From Planctomycetota bacterium (GTDB taxonomy: Bacteria; Planctomycetota; PLA2; JAEUHO01): a DNA stretch of 64,000 nucleotides. Positions 18,668 to 28,048 of this stretch are shown here, piece after piece. Positions within the stretch are counted from its first letter, which is position 1. Every line of letters starts with the position of its first letter. The notes below the pieces were generated by a model. The model made no database searches, was not told the origin of the DNA, and saw nothing but the letters and a program-made list of their open reading frames with translations. Where the stretch lies: assembly GCA_965223505.1 (NCBI GenBank), contig CBDCWP010000030.1, positions 96,001 through 160,000 on the forward strand. The letters are read 5' to 3'. The position numbers and the translations under genes were made by a program.

Positions 18668-19303
18668 ATGCGCTATGCTCCGCTCGTGACTGCACAGCGG
18701 GACGAGGATCTGGAAGCCCTGGAGGCCGCCGAGGATCGCTCGACAGCGCTGGCAACGCAGTTCGATCGGCACCGGCACCGGCTGCTGCGGATGATCGAGC
18801 TGCGCATGGACCCGGCGATGCGCCAGCGCGTAGGGGCATCGGACGTGTTGCAGGAAACATGGCTCGAGGTGTCGGGACGCATCGCTGACTGGCTTGCGGA
18901 CCCGCGCATGCCCTTCTTTGTCTGGGTCCGTTTCATCGCCGCACAGCGCCTTCAGAAGCTGCGCCGGTACCACGTCGGCGCCAAGAAACGCTCGCTCGAG
19001 CAGCAGGTGGGACTCGGCGCGTTCGCACGCGCGACGTCGGTCGCGTTGACGGACCGCCTGATCGTCTCGGGAATCAGCCCCTCCGGCGCGGCGGTCCGCG
19101 CCGAGATGCGGCTTCAGCTGGAAGATGCGTTGGAGACCATGCCCCCCACCGACCGGGAGGTGCTCGTACTACGGCACTTCGAGCAGCTCTCGAACAACGA
19201 GGTCGCGACCGAGCTCGGGATCTCGGTCAGCGCGGCGAGCCGCCGCTATGTCCGCGCCCTCGATCGTCTCCGAACCGTTCTCGATGCGGACCGCGCTCCG
19301 TGA
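18668..19303 (+). CDS. ECF sigma-70 factor, planctomycete kinase-associated type
   Basis: Sigma2 LRMIELRMDPAMRQRVGASDVLQET and sigma4 DREVLVLRHFEQLSNNEVATELGIS. GTGA overlap with the kinase. Confidence 0.9.
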   Translation: MRYAPLVTAQRDEDLEALEAAEDRSTALATQFDRHRHRLLRMIELRMDPAMRQRVGASDVLQETWLEVSGRIADWLADPRMPFFVWVRFIAAQRLQKLRRYHVGAKKRSLEQQVGLGAFARATSVALTDRLIVSGISPSGAAVRAEMRLQLEDALETMPPTDREVLVLRHFEQLSNNEVATELGISVSAASRRYVRALDRLRTVLDADRAP

Positions 19304-22300
19304 CCGGCGCCGACGACTCGGTCGAGCAGATCCTGGAACGGCTCGCGGAGCAGATGCGCGGCGGCAAGCTCGTGAACCTCGATGAGATCGTCGCAGAGCA
19401 CCCGGCGTACGAGGAACAGCTTCGCCGTCTGCTGCCGGTGCTCTTCCTGCTTGAAGGCGCAGGGGCGCAAGCGACGCCGGCGGGGCCGTCACACGTCGCA
19501 CCCGAACAGATCGGCGCGTACCGCGTCGTTCGCGAAATCGGGCGCGGTGGTATGGGGCGCGTGTTCGAGTGCCGCGGCAAGAACGACGAGAGAGTCGCCA
19601 TCAAGGTCATTCACCCGCACCTCGTGACCCATGAGCGCCATCGGGAGCGGTTCCTTCGCGAGGCCGACGTAGGGCGCGGTGTCTCACATCCTTCCATCGT
19701 CTCCACACTGGGCGCCGCGACAGCGGACCTCGACGGCGTCGAGACGCCGTACATCGTTCTCGAGTACGTCCAAGGGCAGACGTTGCGCCAGCTGCTCGAC
19801 GAGGTCGGCGTCGTACCGGAACGTCTCGTGCGGTTCATCGGAGAGCGCGTCGCATCCGCCCTGGCAACGCTCCACGCCGAGGGAGTGACGCACCGTGATG
19901 TCAAGCCTGAGAACGTCGTCATCACGAGCGACGAAACCGTCAAGCTGATGGATCTCGGCGTCGCATTGCTCACGGAGCAGGCGCTTCGGCTGTCACGCAC
20001 GGGCGAGTTCGTCGGCTCGCTGCTGTACGCGGCGCCGGAGCAGATCCACGGCGGCGCACAAGGACCGGCAACCGATCTCTACGCCCTCGGTCTACTGCTC
20101 TTCGAGCTGTCCGCCGGCGAACACCCATTCCGACGCAATCCGCAGGGTGCCGTCGAAGGCGCAGTTCCGAGCTTGTCCGCGATTCGCGCGAACGTCAGTG
20201 CATTCCTCTCTGCGATCGTCCAGGAACTGCTTGCGCCCGACGCCGGTCGACGTTTCGAGAGCGCCCAATTGCTCGCCGAGGTGCTACGGGACGGCGACGA
20301 GTCCGACTGGTGGAAGTCACGCGAGGTCACGCCGCGCTGGCATCCGACATGGCGCCGGGGCGACGACGACATTCGACTGCACGGACGTGACGACGAGCTC
20401 GCGCGGCTGGACGCGTTGCTCGAGCGCGCCGAGGCCGGCGACGGCGCGGCTTTGGTCGTCGAAGGCGAGGCGGGCGTCGGCAAGAGCCGCATGGTCATGG
20501 AATGGCTCACGCGGCTCGAACGGCGATCGCATCCCCCACGCGTGACGGTCGCCGCGTGCTCGAGCGACGCCTCCGTGGGCACCGCTCCGCTCGCAACCGC
20601 GATGCGGGTGTTGGTCGGGGCCATGGACATCGAGGAGCGAGTGAATCAGCTCCTGGATACGGATGCACCCCTGGTCCAAATCCTGTCAGAAGAGCTGCGG
20701 GACGGCAGCACGTCGATGACACCCACGGCTCGCGCCACGGCCTACCAGCGGCTGTTGTCCGCCCTCGCACGAGAGCAGCCGCTCGTGTTCGTCATCGAGG
20801 ATCTGCAGTTCGGCGGCGAGGGCGTGTGGGAGTTGTTCATCGCGCTCGCCCGAACCGCTCCCGGTCAGCGCGTGTGCGTCGTCGGGACGACGCGGCCGGA
20901 CGTCTCCGAGAAGATCCGGCGTTCGGCAACGTCCACGCCGGAAACGCAGTGGATGACGCTGAGCGGACTGGACGCGGCCAGCAGCCACGCGCTGCTGCGC
21001 GAAGTACTCGGGCGCCGCGCTGCCGGCTCGACCGGAGCAGCGGACCTCATCCGAGCTGCCGACGGCAACCCGTTCTGCTTGCTCGAGTTCGGCCGCGAGC
21101 AGCGCCGGCAACGCAAGCGCGTCGACACGTCCAAAGGCGCGGCGGCGGGGATCCGTGTCCCGGACTCGTTGCGGGCTCTCGTGGAAGATCGGCTCGCCGG
21201 GATCGACAGCGAGGCCCGTGAGCTCTTGTCTGTCGCGGCTTGTTGCGGCGCGCAGTACGACCCGGAGCTCATCTGCGACGTTCTCGAGATGCCTCGACTA
21301 CGCGGTCTGCGGAGGTTCCTCTCGCTCGACCAGGAGAACGCCCTCGTCTCCGTGGACGGTGACCAGTATCGATTTCGCCATCACCTCGTACAGGAAATGC
21401 TCTACGAGGACATTCCGCCGGCGCTTCGACGTTCCTACCACACGTCGCTCGCTCGTGAGCTCGAGCGGCGCAGCACCACAGGGGACCGTCGGGTGTCTGA
21501 CCGCACCGCCCGGTCGCTGTTGCGACACTTCCTCTACGGCGACGAAATCGAAGCGGCGGTGCCCTATCTGAGGCAGGGTCTGGAGGCGCTGCAGCGAAGC
21601 GGCGACACGTCTCGCATGATCAAGCTTGCGCGTTTGATCGACGAGCAACACGAACGAGTTCCGCGATCGCTCCACGTCAGCGCACTCGCGATCCTTGCGG
21701 ACGGACTGCTTTCGTTGGACTCCGTCTCCGAAGCGCACGACGCATCTCGGCGAGCGTGGGCACTCTCCACGCACGAGGATCCAGCGGCGCGCGCCACCGT
21801 GGCCACCGGGTACGGGATCGCTCTGCGGCTGCTGGGACGGCAGAAGCAGTCGATCCAAATCGGAGAACAAGCGGTCACCCTTGCGCGCGAAGCAGACGAT
21901 GCGGGGGTATTGAGCGACGCACTGGGGCGACTGGCGCTGGTCTACATGCTGACCGGTCGCACCGAACACGCGCGCACGTCGGCTGACGAGGCGCTGCAGT
22001 CGGCACTCTCCACGACCGACTTCGCACGGCAAAGCTCGGCCGCTCGCCACCTCGGCGTGATCGAGATGGAGTTGTCGAATCTCGAACGGGGACGCGAGCT
22101 GCTCGAGTTCGCCGAACGAGTCGCTCGCGCGCACGGTCACCGCGACCGCGAGGCGGACGCGACCCATGCACTGGGGCTGGTGGCCCGTATGGAGGGACGG
22201 ATCGACGACGCCGTCGAGCTGACTCGACGCAACCGTGAGCAGGCGCGGTCTCTCGGGTTGTCGCGCATGGAAGCCGTCGCCTGGGCCAACTACGCCAATG

Positions 22301-23130
22301 CGCTGCTCGACGTCGGGCGGGCCGCCGAGGGCGAAGCCGAGGCGCGCGCTGCGCTGGCATTCGGCGCGACGCTCGACCACCCGTTCGTTGCGGTGCACGG
22401 AAACGCCGTGCTTTCGAACGCACTCGAGCGCGTAGGACGCCTGTCAGAGGCCGCGACGGCGATGGCCGGCTCACTGGAACGAGCGGAGCCCCTGAAGATC
22501 ATCCCGATGGAAACGGCTTTCCGAAGCGTCTACGCGGGGCAACTCGCATGGCTCGGACGGTGCGAAGAAGCGGAGGTCCAGCTCGAACGCACGAAGGAGC
22601 GTGCCGGCGCGGGGGCCACCCCCTTGATGCGCGCTCACATGGTCATCGCCGAGGCGAAATTGCTGGAGTCTCGACAACGGCCCGCCGAGGCGCTGGAGAT
22701 CCTGTCCGAGCGAATCGACGCCATCGGCACTCGGGAGCTCTTCTTCGAGATGCGGCTCCGGTTGTTGGCCGGGCGACTGGCTCTTGCGTGCGATGCCCCC
22801 GACGAGGCGCGCCGGCATCTCGATGACGTATTGGCAGATGCGCGCCGACTCGGACTGGAGGGCGTCACTGCCCACGCCTTGCTCCTTCGCGGAGGTCTGC
22901 CCGATGAGGAACTCCTGCCCGCGTACGTGTCACTCGAGGAGCAAGGCGAGGCGCTGCCGATCATGGAGCGGATGCTGTGCTCCTCTGTCGTGGGTCGTGC
23001 CCGCGCAGACCGAAAGTTGGTGGCGCAGGCACACTCGGACCTGGCGCTCGTGATCGAAAGGGTCGATGCATCCTCGCGTGCGGCTATGGAGGCGATGCCG
23101 TTCTATCGGGCGATTCGTGAGACGCCCTAG
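19300..23130 (+). CDS. Cytoplasmic Ser/Thr kinase - P-loop AAA (STAND-like) ATPase - TPR protein
   Basis: IGRGGMGRV, HRDVKPEN and DLG kinase motifs. GRDDEL, Walker A GEAGVGKS, Walker B VFVIEDLQ, GNPF, then TPR-like helices. Confidence 0.9.
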   Translation: MTGADDSVEQILERLAEQMRGGKLVNLDEIVAEHPAYEEQLRRLLPVLFLLEGAGAQATPAGPSHVAPEQIGAYRVVREIGRGGMGRVFECRGKNDERVAIKVIHPHLVTHERHRERFLREADVGRGVSHPSIVSTLGAATADLDGVETPYIVLEYVQGQTLRQLLDEVGVVPERLVRFIGERVASALATLHAEGVTHRDVKPENVVITSDETVKLMDLGVALLTEQALRLSRTGEFVGSLLYAAPEQIHGGAQGPATDLYALGLLLFELSAGEHPFRRNPQGAVEGAVPSLSAIRANVSAFLSAIVQELLAPDAGRRFESAQLLAEVLRDGDESDWWKSREVTPRWHPTWRRGDDDIRLHGRDDELARLDALLERAEAGDGAALVVEGEAGVGKSRMVMEWLTRLERRSHPPRVTVAACSSDASVGTAPLATAMRVLVGAMDIEERVNQLLDTDAPLVQILSEELRDGSTSMTPTARATAYQRLLSALAREQPLVFVIEDLQFGGEGVWELFIALARTAPGQRVCVVGTTRPDVSEKIRRSATSTPETQWMTLSGLDAASSHALLREVLGRRAAGSTGAADLIRAADGNPFCLLEFGREQRRQRKRVDTSKGAAAGIRVPDSLRALVEDRLAGIDSEARELLSVAACCGAQYDPELICDVLEMPRLRGLRRFLSLDQENALVSVDGDQYRFRHHLVQEMLYEDIPPALRRSYHTSLARELERRSTTGDRRVSDRTARSLLRHFLYGDEIEAAVPYLRQGLEALQRSGDTSRMIKLARLIDEQHERVPRSLHVSALAILADGLLSLDSVSEAHDASRRAWALSTHEDPAARATVATGYGIALRLLGRQKQSIQIGEQAVTLAREADDAGVLSDALGRLALVYMLTGRTEHARTSADEALQSALSTTDFARQSSAARHLGVIEMELSNLERGRELLEFAERVARAHGHRDREADATHALGLVARMEGRIDDAVELTRRNREQARSLGLSRMEAVAWANYANALLDVGRAAEGEAEARAALAFGATLDHPFVAVHGNAVLSNALERVGRLSEAATAMAGSLERAEPLKIIPMETAFRSVYAGQLAWLGRCEEAEVQLERTKERAGAGATPLMRAHMVIAEAKLLESRQRPAEALEILSERIDAIGTRELFFEMRLRLLAGRLALACDAPDEARRHLDDVLADARRLGLEGVTAHALLLRGGLPDEELLPAYVSLEEQGEALPIMERMLCSSVVGRARADRKLVAQAHSDLALVIERVDASSRAAMEAMPFYRAIRETP

Positions 23131-23254
23131 GCTCTGCTCTCGAGAGCAGAGCCCCACCCCTTTCGGCCAAATCGTAGTCGGGACGACGAATCTTCGCGTC
23201 GTTGGGAGTTCCCCCTTCATGGGCCCGGTTGGTCGGGTCCGTTGGAGACTCTCA

Positions 23255-25132
23255 ATGGCCCCTTCCAAGAACCCTGTCGGCGCCCGGACGGGCGCCATTT
23301 TCAGCATCCTCTGCTTCCTCCTCGCGGCCTGTGGCGGCGGCGGTGGAGGAGGCAACGACAACGGCAACGGCGGTGTCGCCGTTCCGCCGGGCAGCACCCC
23401 CATCAACGATCTGGAGACACCGCGGATCATCGCCGTGGCTCCCGCTCCGAATTCGGTCGATCAGGACCGTGGTACGAGCGTCGTCATCCACTTCGAGGTT
23501 CCGGTGGACATCGCCAGCTTGCAAGGCGGTGTGTTCAGCGTCTCGACGGGCGACGGACCGCTCGACGGCAACCAGCTCCTGGCGGACGGCGGAACGACGC
23601 TGGTGTTCAACCCCGAGGGCGGCATGCCGCTGAGCGCGGAGCCGCGTGTACTACTCAAGGCGGGCGTCCGTGATCTGGCAGGCAACCAGCGTCAGAACGA
23701 CTTCGAGTTCTCGTTCCGCACGCGCGAGACAGCGCCGCTTCCGCCTTCGCCGTTCGAAAATGAGAGTGATCAGACGTCGCTGCGTGACCTGCGTCTCGCG
23801 GATGACGGCACCGGCGTCGCGGTGTATGTCAAGCGCGGCGTGGTGAACAACGAGCTCATCGCACAACGCTTTGAAGGCGGCTTTCCCACCGGCCTGCCGG
23901 ACACGCTGTTCACCACGAGTGGCAGCATCGACCTCGGGCCCCAGGGTGTCGCGGTTGCCCGCGGACGGCAGGCAACGGTTGCGTGGCGGGTCACGTCCGC
24001 AGGCGACCCGAACGCATTCGCGGCGTTCCTGAATCCCGCCACGCTCACGTGGGAGACCGAGGAGCTCGAAAACGAAAGCACGCGCGGCGCGGACCTGCCG
24101 CTGGCCGCTGTGATGGCCTCGGGTCGCAGTCTGGTGATCTGGCTCGAAGAGCCTCTGACCGGGACCGACCCGATCGTTCGCAATGCGATTCGCTTCAGCC
24201 CCTCTGGTTCGATGCTCATCGACAATCACGGTGCGGTTGCCCCCGCGTCAGGGCTGTCGATGGCGATGAACGAAGACGGCAACGGCGTCATCGCATACAT
24301 CGAGGAGGTCTCCCCGACGACCTTCGACGTCAAGGTGAGCGGGATCCTCGGCGGACAGCCGCTGCTTCCCGTCGACGTCGAGACGCGCACGAACGGCTTC
24401 GAGCGCGAGACGACCTCGAGCGTCGATGCGAACGGCCGCGGTCTCGTGGCGTGGATCGAGCGCGATAGCGTCGCGACCGCGGAACGCGTTCTAGCGGTCT
24501 TCGGCGACCCAGGGCTCGGCAACTGGAGTGACGACATTGTGCTGCAGACGGCTTTGGAGATTCGCCAGCTGAAGGTGGCGGGCGCGGAGGAGACGGGAGT
24601 CGTCTTCTGGGGGGCGACGATCAGTGGCGCAAACCGCATCTTCGGCGTGCGACTCGATCCGAACAACGGCTTCGGGGACGCCGAAACGCTCTCGGGCGTG
24701 CTCTCCGACGTCGAGATCGGAACATCGGCGAGCAACGTTCGGGGCGACCTGCTTCTGGGCCTCGTGAACGCCCAGTTCCAGGTCCATGCCGTGTGTTGGC
24801 CGGTTGATGGCGCGCCTTCGGGCAACGTGCCCGTTTCGCTCGGTCCGCCCCACGAGCCGCAGGTCGCGCTCGAGCCCAGCGGCGCCGGGCTGATCGTGTA
24901 CGCGGTCCACAACCTGCAGGCTGATCCTCAGCAAGGCAGCCACGCCGTGGTCCGACGGATTCGGGCTGACGGCACGTTGGAATCAGAGCAGCGGTTGCTA
25001 CAGCCCAACATTCCGTCGGCTGTCAACCGGCTTCGCGTGGACGTCGACGGTCAGGGCCTTGGCACCGCCCTGGTCAACATGTTCACGCCGGGCGTCGGTG
25101 ATCTCGACATCTTCGGCGTTCTCTTGCAGTAG
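23255..25132 (+). CDS. Lipoprotein with Ig-like (SbsA/Big_5-type) domain and beta-repeat C-terminus
   Basis: GGAGA RBS, lipobox LAAC with poly-Gly linker, P.IIAVAP...F..PVD...GVRDLAGN...FSFRT. Repeated GxG-V-A/V-W units. Confidence 0.75.
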   Translation: MAPSKNPVGARTGAIFSILCFLLAACGGGGGGGNDNGNGGVAVPPGSTPINDLETPRIIAVAPAPNSVDQDRGTSVVIHFEVPVDIASLQGGVFSVSTGDGPLDGNQLLADGGTTLVFNPEGGMPLSAEPRVLLKAGVRDLAGNQRQNDFEFSFRTRETAPLPPSPFENESDQTSLRDLRLADDGTGVAVYVKRGVVNNELIAQRFEGGFPTGLPDTLFTTSGSIDLGPQGVAVARGRQATVAWRVTSAGDPNAFAAFLNPATLTWETEELENESTRGADLPLAAVMASGRSLVIWLEEPLTGTDPIVRNAIRFSPSGSMLIDNHGAVAPASGLSMAMNEDGNGVIAYIEEVSPTTFDVKVSGILGGQPLLPVDVETRTNGFERETTSSVDANGRGLVAWIERDSVATAERVLAVFGDPGLGNWSDDIVLQTALEIRQLKVAGAEETGVVFWGATISGANRIFGVRLDPNNGFGDAETLSGVLSDVEIGTSASNVRGDLLLGLVNAQFQVHAVCWPVDGAPSGNVPVSLGPPHEPQVALEPSGAGLIVYAVHNLQADPQQGSHAVVRRIRADGTLESEQRLLQPNIPSAVNRLRVDVDGQGLGTALVNMFTPGVGDLDIFGVLLQ

Positions 25133-25155
25133 TCGACCATCGCTGTCATCAAGAG

Positions 25156-25187
25156 AAGGGGGCGCGCCCGGGCGGGCGCGTCCCCTT
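25156..25187. terminator. GC-rich hairpin between convergent genes, probable terminator
   Basis: aagggggcgcgccc...gggcgcgtcccctt stem. Followed by TTCTCTT on the minus strand, just after the cstA stop. Confidence 0.5.
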
Positions 25188-26913
25188 ACGTCGTCGTAGA
25201 GGCATCCGCTGAACGTCCGCGAAGTAGCACCCGGGCCGCTTCGGCGAACACGAGCACCTCCAGAGCGAGGAACAGCGCGCCGAAGGTGACGACCAACCAG
25301 TTCGTGGCTTGGATTTGCTTCTCGAGCCCCATCACCCCGGCAATCGTCGTCATCACGACCAGAAAGACCATCGGCAACGCGACCGGTAGCACCGGCTTCT
25401 TCGCGAACTTCAAGTACACGAAGAGCAGCAGCAGCGTGATCGCGCCGATCAGCTGGTTCGTCGTTCCGAACAGCGGCCACAAGATGAACCCGCCTGAGCC
25501 GGGTCCCTTGCCGCCCTCGGTGAAGATCGCCAGGCAACCTGCGGGAAGCACGGCAATTGCCGCGCCTATGAATCGATTGCCGATGACTCTCTGTACGCCA
25601 GGCTTGCCCGTCGACGCACCCAACTCGCCCAACACGAAACGTTGGATGCGGGCAGCAGTGTCGAGGGTCGTCGCCGCGAACGAGATGACGATGACTGCGA
25701 CCACGGTCTCAGCGAAGTCCGGCTTGTTCGACCACGCAACGAGTGGTTCGAGAAACGTCCCTGCTCCCTCTACAAAGTTTCCGATCCCCGTGGTGCCGAC
25801 GGTCTCCCACGACGCGTACTTCTCAGCCCACACGTCGGCCGACCCCAAGCCCGCGGAGACGGCGAGCACCGAGACCATCGCCAGTGTTCCCTCCCCAAGC
25901 ATGCCGCCGTAGCCGATCGTTCGCGCATCACGCATGCAGTCGAGCTGTTTCGACGTCGTACCGCTGGCCACGAGGCTGTGGAACCCGCTGATCGCGCCAC
26001 ACGCGATCGTGATGAACAACAGCGGGAATATCGGAGGCGCCGCGGGGTCGACATTCTCGTTGAACGCGGGCGCCGACACCTCGGGATTGAGGATCAAGAT
26101 GCCGACGATGAGCGCACCGAGACCCACGAAGAGTTGGTGGCTGTTGATGTAGTCCCGGGGTTGCAGGAGCACACGTACCGGGAGAATACATGCGACGAAC
26201 GAGTAGATCAGAAGGAACACGATCCACGCGACGATCGAGTCGCCCTTGTCGAGATCGGCACCGAGGATGTTGCTGAGCGTCCCCCACTCCGGGTGATCGG
26301 CGCAGACGTAGACGACGACGTACAACGCGATGACGGCATAGATCGAGGGCCACAGCAGGGTGCCCTTGCGTTTGTAGATCCACCAACCGATCAACACAGC
26401 CACCAGGATCTCGAAATTCACCGGGATCACCGACTGGGGCTTCCACCAGAACAGGAACGCGATGATGTATCCAAACGCGGCGATCACGACCCACGTCAGC
26501 AAGATGATGATCAACAAGAAATAGACCCGCGCTCGCGGCCCGAGGATCTCGCCGGCGAGATCCCCCATCGTGCGACCGCCGCGCTTCGCAGAGAGCGCCA
26601 ACGCGCCGAAATCGTGCACGGCGCCGATGAAGATCGTACCCAGCACGACCCAGATGAGCGCCGGCAGCCAGCCCCAGATCACTGCAATGGCCGGCCCGAC
26701 AATGGGTGCGGCGCCTGCGATCGAGCAGAAGTGGTGCCCGAAAAGGACGTGCTTGTTGCACGCAACGAAGTCGATGCCGTCGGGCGTCGTGTGCGCCGGC
26801 GTCGGTTCGTCGTTGTCCGTCTCGTAGACGCGCCGCTCGATCCATCGCGCGTAGAACCGAAAGGCGAGGAAGAAGAGCGCCAACGAGATGACGGCAAGGA
26901 CGGCGGCGTTCAT
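25186..26913 (-). CDS. cstA: Carbon starvation protein A family transporter
   Basis: TPAH..DG.DF, LFGHHF.SIAGAAPIVGP, ITIACGAISGFHSL and WPLFGTTNQL motifs. Many TM helices. Confidence 0.93.
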   Translation of the reverse strand: MNAAVLAVISLALFFLAFRFYARWIERRVYETDNDEPTPAHTTPDGIDFVACNKHVLFGHHFCSIAGAAPIVGPAIAVIWGWLPALIWVVLGTIFIGAVHDFGALALSAKRGGRTMGDLAGEILGPRARVYFLLIIILLTWVVIAAFGYIIAFLFWWKPQSVIPVNFEILVAVLIGWWIYKRKGTLLWPSIYAVIALYVVVYVCADHPEWGTLSNILGADLDKGDSIVAWIVFLLIYSFVACILPVRVLLQPRDYINSHQLFVGLGALIVGILILNPEVSAPAFNENVDPAAPPIFPLLFITIACGAISGFHSLVASGTTSKQLDCMRDARTIGYGGMLGEGTLAMVSVLAVSAGLGSADVWAEKYASWETVGTTGIGNFVEGAGTFLEPLVAWSNKPDFAETVVAVIVISFAATTLDTAARIQRFVLGELGASTGKPGVQRVIGNRFIGAAIAVLPAGCLAIFTEGGKGPGSGGFILWPLFGTTNQLIGAITLLLLFVYLKFAKKPVLPVALPMVFLVVMTTIAGVMGLEKQIQATNWLVVTFGALFLALEVLVFAEAARVLLRGRSADASTTT

Positions 26914-26959
26914 GCGGGGAGAGGTTGCCGGAACCGATGCGAGGGCGCAAGGGGCGTTG

Positions 26960-27982
26960 TCACAACGCGTGCCAAGGTCGCGCGCGAGTTCGCAAGGGGT
27001 TCGCCGGCTCTCGTCGACTGCCTCGATACGGCGGCGCGCGCTCCCGAACGACGCCACCGCCGTTCGCGCGGGCATGTTTCAGGTCCTCCTCGTCCGTCGC
27101 TGCGCCGCGCTCGGCAGGAGCGATCGGCCACGGAATGCGCCCGGCGTCGTACAGAACGTGATGCCGCGTGCAGAGGCTTCCGATGTCGTCGACCTCCCGG
27201 CCGCCGCCATGGCGATGCGGCGTCCGGTGCGCGAACTGCAAACCGATCTTCCGATCGCAGCTCGGCACCTCGCACGCCCCACCGGAGCGATCGCGTACGG
27301 CACGCCTGACTTCCGCCGGGATGTAGCGGCTGCGCGGCATGGCACCGGTATCGCCCAGCCGGCGCGTGCCGCCCTTCTGGCGAAGCGGGTCGTTCTTCTG
27401 GAGATAGAAACCGACGACCCGTGTGAACGTCTGACCGTCGGTCAACGGCTTGCCCGCTTTCTGTGAGGCGACCTCACGTGCGCGGTCGAAGTCGTCCTTG
27501 ACGCTTGCGGTGACGAAGACCGAGACCTCTTCCACGCCCAGCTCACCCTGCGCGTGCAGCTCGAAGCGCTCCCTGATCCGCCGACGCAACACGCGTAGTG
27601 GATCCGTCGCGGCGGCGGTGAGCCAGTCGTCGCCGGCGCGTCGTAGCTCCGGATGCGCCAGCACGCGCCCGATCAATGCCGCTGCTTCGACGGAGACTTC
27701 GCCGCTTCGCACGCGAGCTTCGGCCTCCGGCGCCGCGATCAGCGTCTTACCCAGATTCGTCAACATTCGCGCTTCCGGAGTGCTGAACCCGAGCTTCCGT
27801 GCGTACTCCACGACGGATGCGCAGCCTGAGAAGACGAAGTGGGCATCGGCGTCGACCCTCGCCAGATCGCGAGCGAGCCGGATCTGCAAGTCACGCAGCG
27901 TCCTCAGTCGGCGCGCGATCCGGTCATCTGCGGTCGGATGTCGCCGCGCCCTGATGCTCCGTTTGTCGGCTGTGATGCGCAT
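26960..27982 (-). CDS. DUF222-like/HNH endonuclease protein
   Basis: C-terminal RYIPAEVRRAV..R..CEVPSC...H..P...GG......LCTRHH. Helical N-terminus. Confidence 0.75.
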   Translation of the reverse strand: MRITADKRSIRARRHPTADDRIARRLRTLRDLQIRLARDLARVDADAHFVFSGCASVVEYARKLGFSTPEARMLTNLGKTLIAAPEAEARVRSGEVSVEAAALIGRVLAHPELRRAGDDWLTAAATDPLRVLRRRIRERFELHAQGELGVEEVSVFVTASVKDDFDRAREVASQKAGKPLTDGQTFTRVVGFYLQKNDPLRQKGGTRRLGDTGAMPRSRYIPAEVRRAVRDRSGGACEVPSCDRKIGLQFAHRTPHRHGGGREVDDIGSLCTRHHVLYDAGRIPWPIAPAERGAATDEEDLKHARANGGGVVRERAPPYRGSRREPANPLRTRARPWHAL

Positions 27983-28048
27983 GAGAACAAAATACTAACA
28001 ACTGGCAGAGACAGCCGGTCGGAGCCAGAAAATGGAGCTCGGACGGCA

